A stretch of DNA of 64,000 bases. Source: Octopus sinensis. Taxonomy: Eukaryota. The DNA lies in NCBI RefSeq assembly GCF_006345805.1, contig NC_042998.1:23684001-23748000 (forward strand), read 5' to 3'. Both the position numbers and the translations under genes were made by a program. Within the stretch, counting starts at the first letter, position 1, and every line of letters begins with the position of its first letter. The notes under the pieces were generated by a model. The model saw only the letters and a list, made by a program, of their open reading frames with translations, made no database searches and had not been told where the DNA came from. Below, one piece after another: positions 12,192 to 24,195 of this stretch.

Positions 12192-12516
12192 TTAACACAT
12201 AAAGCGCGACGGGCCACGATCGTGGCTGTCTGGCACAGGTCAACAGGCCACGATCGTGGCCCAGATAGATGCATTTAACTTATGGGTGTTAATTGGGCTC
12301 TAATGTCACTCAAACGCCCCGATATCCCCCAGAATGCAAGAAACTAATAGTTCAACTAATGACTTTTCAGATTATGTAAAACTTGCCACTATTATATACT
12401 AAGAAGATATTTTAATTTACTTTTGTTTTTTATGTGTGCATGGTAGTCTCATTTTCATAAAATGCGCTCAGCAGGCCATGCTATGTAAGTGCAAATTCCA
12501 GCGCTTTATGGGTTAA
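12192..12516. mobile_element. Different TTAA-flanked MITE (piggyBac-type)
   Basis: TTAA-CACATAAAGCGC...GCGCTTTATGGG-TTAA. Confidence 0.75.
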
Positions 12517-12519
12517 ACC

Positions 12520-14530
12520 CATCAATATTTTATTATAACATAAGGTGACAAGAATGAGTAAGAAATGTTTGATTACTGCAGTACATGCTTGATACTTATT
12601 TTATCTATCTTAGATGGTATAAAGGCCAAGTTGACTCTCGAGTTTGTGTATCGTAGTGACTGACAGTTAAAGTAAAACTTATTATTGATTATTACATGAA
12701 CTGCTGTTATTGTTGTTTATCCCAAATCAATTGCGGTCAAGCAGTCGTATGATCAAAGTCTGTAACGATCCTGTTTTTTTTTTACCTTTGATTTTTTTTT
12801 TAAAGGTAATTATGTATTTCTTCTTGTAGTTTAGCCCTCCACCATCAAAGGATACACTAACAAAGCTTCTCTTAACGTGTGTTAATAATTTGGTGTTATA
12901 TCGTAAAGTATGTAATATATCTTGAGATTTGGGCAAGAGAAATTAAATCCAATTTCGAGAATAGTTATTAGGAAACAAAGGGTACGGCTGGGAAGGCGGG
13001 ACCAGACACTACAAGCCATTTCTCTCCGTGAGCTGAATTGTATGAGATCGTCGTATACCTGTGTACCCCCAACACCCTTATTTGCATCCCTGACTGAATC
13101 AGAACTACAATAAGAGAGAGAGAGAAAGAGAGAGAGAAAAAGAGAGAGAGAGAGAGAGAGAAAGAAAGAGAGAAAGAGTAAGATTTGTAGACGACAGTGT
13201 ACGGGTTGCTTCCCCTGAATGAAATGTCTCAATATAGTGTTGTTTGTGCAGATGCTGGTGAACTAAGTACCCTTATGACATAGCGGAGATAACCCTTATG
13301 CTCATCTAAGAGTTTTGAACCCATAAACGTTTATTAATAGGAGCTAAGGACCTCCACTAACATATCGTTATTTTCGATCGTTTATTTGTAAACAAAAAAT
13401 TCATATATATTTAATATATATATATCTCTCTCTCTCTCTCTAAATATATATAGAGATATTAATTTGGGAGTAAGCTGACAGAGAGAAAGAAAAAGAGAAA
13501 TGGAGAGGAAAGTGTGTTAGCCGGGTACGTTAGTGTGGATATTAAAATCGGATTATTTTCTTTCGACTAATTATGTCGTAAAACCCAGTAAGAAAGCAGA
13601 GAAAGCTCGCAAGTACATGTGAGCAGATGTAGGACAAAGGGTTATAAATGAAGCAATTATAACAGCGGCAGGTGAATGAAAGGTGAAGGGTCCCGTGATG
13701 TTCAGTTTCACGGATATTTATATTTCGTTATTTACCTACGCAAATAATAAACATTACGAAATAACCTTCTGAATTTAAATCTAATTTAGATATTTTTAAA
13801 ATCTTATATATAAAAAGCGGGAGGAAATATATACTCACATCTAATGCATTTGAGTTCAGAATAAACAGACAAATTAAAGTGATAAATCGTGTAATTATAA
13901 GAATTATAATTACGATTTAATACAACTTACTTGTGCGATTGATGAGTCAATATGTAACTCGAATTAAAAAGGAAGATCAGGTGATCGATGTTGTCTGAAG
14001 CACATCTGGGTACTAAGTGATTGATTTCTTGGTTAAATTTTCGTATCTGATCATCCTTTTACTGTACGTCGGGTCGCTTTAAGATGTTCAACAGATACTA
14101 CTTAGCTAGAGGTCTGCTCGAATAACGAGTTCACCGGGACAAAAGCTCCAAAATAAATTAATATACAGTAAATAACAATAATAATGATGATGAATCCAGA
14201 GTGGTACGCGGGCGTAAAAGGGCTCCGTTAAAAAAATGTAGTGTTTTTGTTGAGATTATTAACACCACACCACGTGTTATAAACAACAAAAAGTTTGAAG
14301 CTGACATGCATCGTTATCTATTGTTTCCTCTGCTTTTTTTTGTCAGTCAGGAATTGTTTTTGTTTTGTGTTTTTTTTTCCTTTTTCTTTTTTTGACATAG
14401 GTCATTATCAAAAAAAAAACTTCTTATGTAACTCCCCCGTCTCTGTCTATGCGTCTGGTCTCATGTCGACTGGCGAACGGATGTTTCGTTTGTCACTCTA
14501 CCCATCTGTCCAACCGTCAGGCTGCCTGTC
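12520..14530. promoter_or_regulatory. TE-poor island, possibly a host-gene 5' region
   Basis: About 2 kb without recognisable SINE/LINE, visibly more CpG, minus-strand donor AA|GTAAGT at 13931/13930 and acceptor (CT)n-ttattgtag near 13106. Confidence 0.35.
12786..12920 (-). CDS. Candidate 135-nt phase 1-1 exon, weak resemblance to the heparanase/GH79 N-terminus
   Basis: ctcaag|AT...AAAG|gtaaaa, open frame (D)ILHTLRYNTKLLTHVKRSFVSVSFDGGG; compare human heparanase [27 protein letters not shown]. No downstream GH79 exon found. Confidence 0.25.
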
Positions 14531-14568
14531 GGCCTGTCTGCTGACTGACAGTCTCATGTGTGTGTGTG

Positions 14569-14610
<42 letters not shown>

Positions 14611-14731
14611 ATATATATATATAATATGTATATATATATATATATATAATATGTATATATATATATGTGTGTATATATATAATATATGTGTTACTTTTCG
14701 ACCTACATATACATACACACACTCATATATA

Positions 14732-14769
<38 letters not shown>

Positions 14770-14774
<5 letters not shown>

Positions 14775-14999
14775 CACCATCCGACCGTGGCCGTTTGCCA
14801 GACTTGTCTGGCACCTGTGCAGGTGGCACGTAAAAAGCACCCACTACACTCATGGAGTGGTTGGCGTTAGGAAGGGCACCTAGCCGTAGAAACATTGCCA
14901 GATCAGACTGGGCCTGGTGCAGCCTTCTGGCTTCCCAGACCCCAGTTGCACCGTCCAACCCATGCCAGCATGGAAAGCGGACGCTGAACGATATATATA

Positions 15000-15051
<52 letters not shown>

Positions 15052-15241
15052 TAATATAATATATATATGTTTATAAATATATATATATAACCCATGCTAG
15101 CTAAACGATGATGATGATGATGATGAACATATATAAATAAATAAATTTATATATAAATACATGGTGCTATTAAGTTAGACATGGCCTGGACCAATCTTTG
15201 GTCGAAACATATCTAAGTTATCTAAGTTATATAATATATAT

Positions 15242-15301
<60 letters not shown>

Positions 15302-15376
15302 ATATATTATATATATATTATAAATAAATATATATATAATATATATAAATAAATAAATTTATATATAAATACATAT

Positions 15377-15409
<33 letters not shown>

Positions 15410-15962
15410 GCCGGTGGCATGTAAAAAATACCCACTACACTTTTGGAGTGGTTGGCGTTAGGAAGGGCATCCAGCTGTAGAAACTCTGCCAAATCAAGAC
15501 TGGAGCCTGGTGCAGCCATCTGGTTCGCCAGCCCTCAGTCAAAATCGTCCAACCCATGCTAGCATGGAAAGCGGACGTTAAACAATGATGATGATGATAT
15601 TATATATATGTATGTGTGTGTGTGTTACTTTTCGACCTTCTACATATACATATATATATATATTATATATATATAATAAAATGGCCGTTGCCGCCAGCTT
15701 CGTCTGGTCTCCGTGCCGGTGGCAAATAAAAGAGCACCATCCGATTGTGGCCGTTTGCCAGCTTCGTCTGGCACCTGTGCCGGTGGCACGTAAAAAGCAC
15801 CCACTACACTCATGGAGTGGTTGGTGTTAGGAAGGGCATCCAGCTCTAGAAACACTGCCAGATCAGACTGGGCCTGGTGCAGCCATCTGGCTTCCCAGAC
15901 CCCAGTTGAACCGTCACCCATGCTAGCATGGAAAGCGGACGTTAAACGATGATGATGATGAT
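14770..15962 (+). mobile_element. Cluster of three family A RTE 3' ends (14770-14993, 15410-15599, 15680-15962) embedded in (TA)n
   Basis: Three copies of the conserved terminus, each flanked by TA microsatellite. Confidence 0.87.
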
Positions 15963-15986
15963 ACACACACACACACACACATATAC

Positions 15987-16027
<41 letters not shown>

Positions 16028-16338
16028 TAATTTTTTATGTATTAGCAAAAAAGAAAACTGAGAGATTGACATATAGACATTACTTCATTAGAACATAATA
16101 TGACATCAAACTACAACATCAAACTCAATTTCACCTATAATTGTTTCCATGCCCAATTACTTCAGTTTGAGAAATTAAATCAAATTAAATCAAATTAAAT
16201 TAAATTTTCATATTGAATATCATTAACTGGGTATTTCTTCAAGGGGAGAATTTGATCAAAAGGAACTACATTCTGGTGTGTTGTTTGACCCTTGATAGAC
16301 TGAGATATGTGCGTTTCAGCAACTGATGTATTTAAGAT

Positions 16339-16750
16339 ACTCTTTACTCTTTTACTTGTTTCAGTCATTTGACTGCGGCGATGCTGGAGCACCGCCTTTA
16401 ATCGAGTACCTCGACCCCGGGATTTATTCTTTTTGTAAGCCCAGTACTTATTCTATCGGTCTCTTTTGCCGAACCGCTAAGTAACGGGGACATAAACACA
16501 CCAGCATCGGTTGTGAAGCAATGCTAGGGGGACAAACACAGACACACAAACACACAAACACACAAACATATATATATATATATATACATACATATATACG
16601 ACGGGCTTCTTTCAGTTTCCGTCTACCAAATCCACTCACAAGGCTTTGGTCGGCCCGAGGCTATAGTAGAAGACACTTGCCCAAGTGGGATTGAACCCAG
16701 AACCATGTGGTTGGTAAACAAGCTACTTACCACACAGCCACTCCTGCGCC
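16339..16750 (-). mobile_element. Family B SINE, full length
   Basis: A-box tggctgtgtgg, B-box, central microsatellite, tail. Confidence 0.88.
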
Positions 16751-16959
16751 TATTTATGTTATTATACTGTTATTTATGTTTATGTAAATGGAAATTTGTC
16801 AGTGCATTTGTGCATGTACATACCAAAGTTGTTATGTTTTTTTTTTTATTTCTAATACATAGAAAATAGTATACCCATATCCATCAATGCAAAGCTAACT
16901 GCTTTGGTTTTTCATTGATACACTGGATAAAACCGGGGAACTTGGATGCTGACATCCCT

Positions 16960-17188
16960 TTAACCCTTTCATTACTGTATTTATTTTGAGATGCTCTGTG
17001 TTTCTTTCAATTCCTTTAAATATAACAAAGAATTTAGTAAAATAACTTAGTTATCATTCAGCTAGTGTTAGGAACATAAATTGTGACTAAGGTTTGGTGG
17101 AAGATTTTAATTAAAACCTTATGAAAACAAGACATTTGTACAACAGAGCTAGAGGCAGTTTCAGCCGGGTTGGTAATGAAAGGGTTAA
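16960..17188. mobile_element. Solo copy of the same TTAA MITE
   Basis: TTAA at 16960-16963 and 17185-17188, TIR ccctttcattac/gtaatgaaaggg. Confidence 0.9.
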
Positions 17189-17332
17189 CAGGAGATATAT
17201 CCTGCATTTTATTATACACACACACATATACATATCTGAAGATATGCTGTAAGGCTAAACCCCTTATAAGCAAGAAACTCAAGGTAACCCCATAAACTGG
17301 CCTACCCCACTATAATATGTGTGTGTGTGTGG

Positions 17333-17671
17333 GAAGGCACACGGCTCAGGGCTCAGTGGTTAGAGCATCGAACTTACGATTATGAGGTTGTGAGTTCGAA
17401 TCCTGGACTGGGCTACATGTGTTCTTAAGCAAGACACTTTATATCACATTGCTCCAGTTCACTCAGCTGTAGAAATGAGTTGTGATGTCACTGATGCCAA
17501 TCTGTATCAGCCTTTGCCTTTCCCTTGGATAACATTGGTGGCGTGGAAATGGGAGGCTGCTATGCATGGGCGACTGCTGGTCCTCCATAAACAACCTTGC
17601 CCAGACTTGTGCCTGGGAGGGTAACTTTCTAGGTGCAATCCTATGGTCAGTCATGACTGAAGGGGGTCTCA

Positions 17672-17692
<21 letters not shown>
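17333..17692 (+). mobile_element. SINE family C, tail type 1
   Basis: gtggttag A-box, gagttcgaatcc B-box, gagcaagacactttatttcacgttgctccag-type core. Other copies at 50817-51136 (-) and ~53830-54100 (-). Confidence 0.8.
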
Positions 17693-17714
<22 letters not shown>

Positions 17715-17717
17715 TAT

Positions 17718-18024
17718 ATCACGTGATCATGTGACCGACCAGACCATCAGATGTTGTTACACATCGCTGGTCAAAATGCATTCGCATTGTTTTAGCCTTC
17801 GAATGACGCCACCCCGCTGGCTAAGCGAGCAGGCCAACAGAAGAAAGAGTGGGAGAAAGAGTGGTGAAAGAGTACAGCAGGGATAACCACCCCCTGCCAG
17901 AGCGTCGTGGAGCTTTTAGGTGTTTTCGCTCAATAAACACTCACAACGCCCGGTCTGGGAATCGAAACCGCGATCCTGAGACCGCGAGTCCGCTGCCCTA
18001 ACCACTGGGCCATTGCGCCTCCAC
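17718..18024 (-). mobile_element. SINE family E
   Basis: Reverse complement of 11683-12002. Confidence 0.85.
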
Positions 18025-18859
18025 ATATATATATACAATATATGGGGATTCAGTTCACAGGTGATGTAAATGACTAGGTATGCTAGGTAAATGCTGTAAC
18101 GGATTACTAGGGCTCCAAGGTTATAGCTGAGATGGTAGTTTTGGAGCCATTGCAAATTTCCGATATAGCAGTTATATAATTGTTAAAGATGACGACAGGT
18201 GTTAAGGCAAGGCAAACATCTCAAGTCATATATATTATTATTATTATTATTGGAAAAAAGATTCAATGTCTTTACAGCTGCTTCTGGGATATTCCGTCAT
18301 TGGAGACAAATATGGAAAATGAGAAGAGTGTAGATTAATGAAATGATGACATAGGGGACAGAATTAAATGACTAAGGAGATGAAGAAAGAGATGAAAAAC
18401 AAAGCATAAAAGTTCACAGTTCAACTTTCTGGTCTTGCAGAAATAAGTCCTTAAGTCCTTAGGTGCAATCCTGCATAAATCCATGTAGGTCAAAGCTCTG
18501 ATAGTGTGTGTGAGTGTAGCGGTATATGTACACTTTGGTCTCTTATATGTAAGTATATAGATATCTAAATTATGTATGACTCTATTATTCTATTTATTCT
18601 GTCATTCTTTCCTTCTTTCTATCAGCCCTTTCACACTTCGTTTATTCCATTCCACATTCTTTTGTTCCCCCTCTCTCACATTCCCTGGCCTTCTTTTCAT
18701 GCTCACTTTCCCTCCTCTTTCACTTCACTGTGTTCCTTTCAGTTTTTCTCACTCCTCCTTAATTCTTCTATTCCTCTGCCTCTACCACTCATCTCTCCCC
18801 ACATGACTGGTGTTCCGCCAGGCCTGATCTTTTTTTCTTGGTTCGACTACCATCCATGC

Positions 18860-19270
18860 AACATCTATATTCCTCCCTGTGCTTGTTAAATTATATGTCC
18901 CTGCCGTAAGGCTTTACTTCCACACATGCCAGCTTATTTTAATTCATCCATAGTTGAAAGACACCTATTATGTCCTGTTAATTGCATTTGTATTTGTGTG
19001 ACATTTCTCTGTTTTTTTTTTCCGTCCCCATTTTCATATACATTCACAGCTTTCTTCCAAGGAATCTAGTGCTTTTAGCTTAGTTTTTCCAGATTGGAGC
19101 AATTTCAAGTATAACCACCTGAAATTGCAAAGATAATCTGGAACTCGACTGAGGATATAAAACTCCAAATGACCCGTCCTTGTTTTCTTTGTATCATCTG
19201 TCTGGATGTTTTGTTGTCCCTTTTTTGTATCACCTAACTGTCTGGATGGTTTGTGTTCTTGTCCCTTTTT
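18860..19270 (-). repeat. Unclassified dispersed repeat
   Basis: Reverse-complement homology to ~55020-55400. Confidence 0.75.
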
Positions 19271-19459
19271 GTATTTTTTGTGTATTTTATATATATATAT
19301 ATATCTTTTATTCATTTATTTGTTTCAGCCATGTGGCTGCTGTCATGCAGTAGTACTACACATACACACACACACATTCTTTTACTGGTTTCAGTCATAG
19401 GTTTGTGGTCATTTGGGAGCACCACCTTAATTAATTTTTCTATCAATTTTGTTGTCACA

Positions 19460-19868
19460 GGCACAGGAGTGGCTGTGTGGTAAGTAGCTTGCTAACCAAC
19501 CACATGGTTCCGGGTTCAGTCCCACTGCGTGGCATCTTGGGCAAGTGTCTTCTGCTATAGCCCCGGGTCGACCAATGCCTTGTGAGTGGATTTGGTAGAC
19601 GGAAACTAAAAGAAGCCTGTCGTATATATGTATATATATATATATGTGTGTGTATGTGTATGTGTGTGTGTGTATGTGTGTGTCCCCCTAGCATTGCTTG
19701 ACAACCGATGCTGGTGTGTTTACGTCCCTGTCACTTAGCGGTTCGGCAAAAGAGACCGATAGAATAAGTACTGGGCTTACAAAGAATAAGTCCCGGGGTT
19801 GATTTGCTCGACTAAAGTCGGTGCTCCAGCATGGCCACAGTCAAATGACTGAAACAAGTAAAGAAGAG
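19460..19868 (+). mobile_element. Family B SINE, full length
   Basis: Same structure as 16339-16750. Confidence 0.88.
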
Positions 19869-20101
19869 TGTGTGTGTGTGTGCGCGTGTGCGTGTGAAAT
19901 TTATTTTATCAAATAGTTGTTTGACTGTAACAATTAGATTTAACAATATCTGAACAAAACAAAACAAAAAATATACAAGTGACACATTTGTGGTTTTAAG
20001 AATATCTAAACAAAAGACTCACTAACCTAAATATACATTAGCTTCCATTTTTCTAAAGCGTGTATGTGTGGGTGGGTGTGTGAAAGTATAATGATTACAA
20101 A

Positions 20102-20790
20102 CCCTTTTGTTACCATATTTCTGTTGAGATGCTCTGTGTTTTTTTCAATTGATTTCAAATATAACAAAGAATTTAGGAAAATAACTTAGTTATCATTAAG
20201 CTAGTGTTAGGAACATAAATTGTGACTAAGGTTTGGTGGAAGATTTTAATCCAAAACTTATGAAAACAAGACATTTGTACTACAGAGCCAGGGGCAGTTT
20301 CAGGTGGTTTGGTACCGAAAGGGTTAAATTAATCATTTGTTAACCCTTTTGTTACCATATTTCTTTTGAGATGCTCTGTGTTTCTTTCAATTGATTTCAA
20401 ATATAACAAAGAATTTAGTAAAATAACTTAGTTATCATTAAGCTAGTGTTAGGAACATAAATTGTGACTAAGGTTTGGTGGAAGATTTTAATCCAGAACT
20501 TATGAAAACAAGACATTTGTACTACAGAGCCAGAGGCAGTTTCAGGTGGTTTGGTACCGAAAGGGTTAAATTAATCATTTGTTAACCCTTTTGTTACCAT
20601 ATTTCTGTTGAGATGCTCTGTGTTTCTTTCAATTACTTTAAATATAACAAAGAATTTAGTAAAATAACTTAGTTATCATTAAGCTAGTGTTAGGAACATA
20701 TATTGTGACTAAGGTTTGGTGGAAGATTTTAATTCAGAGCTCATGAAAACAAGGCATTTTAATTATAACAAAGAATTTAGTAAAATAAGA
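20102..20790. mobile_element. Second tandem trimer of the TTAA MITE (third unit truncated)
   Basis: Units start at 20102, 20344, 20586; same linker attaatcatttg. Confidence 0.88.
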
Positions 20791-21047
20791 GCTATGCTTG
20801 AAATGTTAAAAAACCCTACTCTTCTTTCCACCTTTCCTCAGCATTAAACTAATATATTCCATGTGTACATCCTCTTGTTTTTTTTGTTGTTGCTATTTTT
20901 AATGCTTGATTATTTGTTATAATATTTGATTTGTCTCTATGGATATATGTGTATGTATGCATGTATATATGTATGTATGTGTGTCTATGTATTTGTGTGT
21001 GTGTGTGTGTCTATGTATGTATGTACATATGTATGTATATATATATA

Positions 21048-21290
21048 TTACTCTTTACTCTTTTACTCTTTTACTTGTTTCAGTCCTTTGACTGTGGCCA
21101 TGCTGGAGCACCGCCTTTAGTTGAGCAAATCGATCCTGGGACTTATTCTTTGTAAGCCCAGTACTTTTTCTATCGGTCTCTTTTGCCGAACCGCTAAGTG
21201 ACGGGGACGTAAACACACCAGCATCGGTTGTCAAGCAATACTAGGGGGACAAACACAGACACACAAACATGCACACACACACACACACAC
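21048..21290 (-). mobile_element. Family B SINE, 3' half (split by the RTE LINE)
   Basis: Continues at 23742-23929. Confidence 0.85.
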
Positions 21291-21297
21291 ATATATA

Positions 21298-23741
21298 TCA
21301 TCATCATCATCATCATCGTCGTTTAACGTCTGTTCTCCATGCTAGCATGGGTTGGACGGTTCGACCGGGGATCTGGGAAGCCAGAAGGCTGCACCAGGCT
21401 CCGGTCTTATCTGCCAATGTTTCTACAGCTGGATGCCCTTCCTAACGCCAACCACTCCGTGAGTGTAGTGGGTGCTTTTTACGTGCCACCTGCACTGGTG
21501 CCAGGCGAGGCTGGCATCGGCCACGGTCGGATTGGTGCATTTTACGTGCCACCTGCACGGAAGCCAGTCGAGGCGGCACTGGCTTCGGCTACGATTCGGA
21601 TGGTGCTTTTTACGTGCCACTGACACGGAAGCCAGTCGAGGCGGCGCTGGCATCGGCCACGATTCGGATAGTGCTTTTTACATATCTCCAGTCCAGGGGT
21701 CCTGGCATCTGCCGGGTGCCAGTCATAGGATTGGTTCAATTTCGATTCCGATTTCACTTGCCCCAACAGGTCTTTCTGTGTCGGATGAGGTTCGATATCG
21801 ACTTCGCTTGCCTCAACAGGTCTTTGTGTGTCCAAGGGAGGAAAGGCATGCATAAGTGGGCTGGACTCACTTGTCCTGCCTGGTCTTTTCACGCACAGCA
21901 TATTTCCAAAGGTCTCGGTCGCTGGTCATTTCCTCAGTGAGACCTAAAGTTCGAAGGTCGTGCTTCACCACCTCGTCCCAAGTTTTCCTGGGACTACCTC
22001 TTCCACGGGTTCCCTCCACTGTTAGGGATTGGCACTTTTTCACACACCTATCTTCATCCATTCTCACCACATGACCATACCAGCGCAATCGTCTCTCTTG
22101 CACACCACAACTGATGCTCCTTAGGTCCAACATTTCTCTCAGGGTACTAACGCTCTGTCGAGCATGCACACTGACATTACACATCCATCGGAGCATACTG
22201 GCTTCATTTCTCGTGAGCTTACGCATGTCCTCAGCAGTCACGGCCCATGTTTCACTGCCATGTAGCATGGCTGTTCGTACACATGCATCATACAGTCTGC
22301 CTTTTACTCTGAGCGAGAGGCCTTTAGTCACCAGCAGAGGTAAGAGCTCCCTAAACTTTGCCCAGGCTATTCTTACTCTAGCTGTTACACTTTCAGCACA
22401 CCCACCCCCACTACTGACTTGGTCACCAAGATAACGGAAGCTATCAACTACTTCTAGTTTTTTCCCCTGGAAAGTGACGGAAGTTGTTTTCTGCAGATTT
22501 TCAGAGGTTAATGCTCCCGAGCATCTGCCACATACAAAAACCATCTTCCTAGTTAGCCTTCCAATGACATTGCTGCACCTCTTATGTGTCCTTAGCTTAC
22601 ACTTGGTGCATCTTATAGAGTTTCTACCTACACCTTTTCTACAGATCGAGCAGGGCCATCTACCTGAAGGCGTTTGTGATTTGTCTACCTTCCTACTTAT
22701 TACGACTTTGGTTTTAGCTAGATTGACTCTAAGGCCCCTCGATTCTAAACCTTGCTTCCACACCTGAAACTTCTTCTCCAGTTCTGATAGTGACTCAGCA
22801 ATTAGAGCAAGGTCATCAGCATAGAGGAGCTCCCAGGGGCATCCTGTCTTGAATTCCTCCGTTATTGCCTGGAGGACTATGAAAAATAGGAAGGGGCTGA
22901 GGACTGAGCCTTGGTGGACCCCTACCTCTACCCGGAATTCTTCACTGTACTCGTTGCCAACCCTCACCTTACTAGCAGTGTCCCGGTACATGGCTCGCAC
23001 AGCTCTCACTAACCATTCATCTATTCCTAGTTTCCTCATTGACCACCAGATGAGGGATCGGGGGACCCTGTCGAAGGCTTTCTCCATGTCAACAAAAGCC
23101 AGGTACAGGGGCTTATCTTTGGCTAGGTATTTCTCCTGCAGCTGCCTTACCAGGAATATAACATCAGCGGTACTTTTCCCTGGCACGAACCTAAACTGCA
23201 TCTCATCTAAACTAACTCTCTCTTTAATTAGTTGGCTTATGACCCTCTCTGTAACCTTCATCACCTGATCCAACAGCTTGATACCTCTGTAATTATTTGT
23301 ATCTAGGGCATCACCTTTACCTTTGTAGCAGTTGACTATTATGCTGCTACACCAGTCATTGGGTATGACTCCTTCGTGTATCACCTGATTAACTATACGG
23401 GTGACTAGGCTATAGCCGACACTACCAGATATTTTGAGCATCTCTGCAGTGATACCTGATGGGCCTGGGACTTTCCCTGTCTTCATGCTTCTAATTGCCT
23501 TAGCTACCAAGGAACTATCAACCCTGATAGCTGGTCCCTCTGTTGGGTTAATGTTCGGCAGACTCTCTTTATCCCATTCATTTTCTTTATTCAGCAACCT
23601 TTCATAGTGGCGTCTCCAAGCCTCTCTCTTTGCATCCTCGTTTAGCGCAAGTGAACCATCTTCCATGCGAACACACTTCTCTCCTACCACATCACAATTC
23701 TCTCTCACACACTGTCTTGCAACGCGAAACACCTCCAGTCT
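21298..23741 (-). mobile_element. RTE LINE (family A), 5'-truncated, with 3'UTR and (GAT)n tail
   Basis: RT ORF followed by 3'UTR 21866-21320 containing degenerate ~60-bp units and the conserved terminus ...ccgtccaacccatgctagcatggagaacagacgttaaacgacgatgatg. Confidence 0.93.
21867..23732 (-). CDS. RTE-clade non-LTR retrotransposon ORF, reverse transcriptase plus C-terminal region (5'-truncated, endonuclease domain missing)
   Basis: 621-aa open frame with RT motifs NYRGIKLL, FVDMEKAFDRV, GVHQGSVLSPFLF, LYADDL, FRYLG and RTE-type C-terminus RLRWYGHVVRM...RGRGSPRKTW. Confidence 0.95.
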   Translation of the reverse strand: MFRVARQCVRENCDVVGEKCVRMEDGSLALNEDAKREAWRRHYERLLNKENEWDKESLPNINPTEGPAIRVDSSLVAKAIRSMKTGKVPGPSGITAEMLKISGSVGYSLVTRIVNQVIHEGVIPNDWCSSIIVNCYKGKGDALDTNNYRGIKLLDQVMKVTERVISQLIKERVSLDEMQFRFVPGKSTADVIFLVRQLQEKYLAKDKPLYLAFVDMEKAFDRVPRSLIWWSMRKLGIDEWLVRAVRAMYRDTASKVRVGNEYSEEFRVEVGVHQGSVLSPFLFFIVLQAITEEFKTGCPWELLYADDLALIAESLSELEKKFQVWKQGLESRGLRVNLAKTKVVISRKVDKSQTPSGRWPCSICRKGVGRNSIRCTKCKLRTHKRCSNVIGRLTRKMVFVCGRCSGALTSENLQKTTSVTFQGKKLEVVDSFRYLGDQVSSGGGCAESVTARVRIAWAKFRELLPLLVTKGLSLRVKGRLYDACVRTAMLHGSETWAVTAEDMRKLTRNEASMLRWMCNVSVHARQSVSTLREMLDLRSISCGVQERRLRWYGHVVRMDEDRCVKKCQSLTVEGTRGRGSPRKTWDEVVKHDLRTLGLTEEMTSDRDLWKYAVREKTRQDK

Positions 23742-23929
23742 TATATATATATATATACATATATATGACGGGCTTCTTTCAGTTTCCGTCTACCAAATCC
23801 ACTCACAAGACTTTGGTCGGCCCGAGGCTATAGTTGAAGACACTTGCCCAAGGTGCCACGCAGTGGGACTGAACCCAGAACCATGTGGTTGGTAAGCAGG
23901 CTACTTATCACACAGCCACTCCTGCGCCT
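23742..23929 (-). mobile_element. Family B SINE, 5' half (split by the RTE LINE)
   Basis: Head and core up to the central (TA)n. Confidence 0.85.
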
Positions 23930-23946
23930 ATGTATATATGTATGTA

Positions 23947-24195
23947 TATCATCATCATCATTATCATCATCATCATTTAACGTCCGTTTTCCATGCTGGC
24001 ATGGGTTGGACGGTTTGATTGGGGGCTGGGAAGTCAGGAGGCTGCACGAGGCTCCAGTCTGATCTGGCAGTGTTTCTACTGCTGGATGCCCTTCCTAAAG
24101 CCAATCACATGAGAGTGTAGTGGGTACTTTTTACATGGCACTGGCACAAGGGGCCAAAGGAGGCTGGCAAATGGCCATGATCGGATGGAGCTGGT
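23947..24195 (-). mobile_element. Family A RTE 3' end
   Basis: (CAT)n tail and conserved core. A further short copy lies at 27128-27277 (-). Confidence 0.82.

Noticed and set aside
22114-23268. Plus-strand ORFs of 97-139 aa
   Set aside because: Antisense shadows of the RTE RT ORF.
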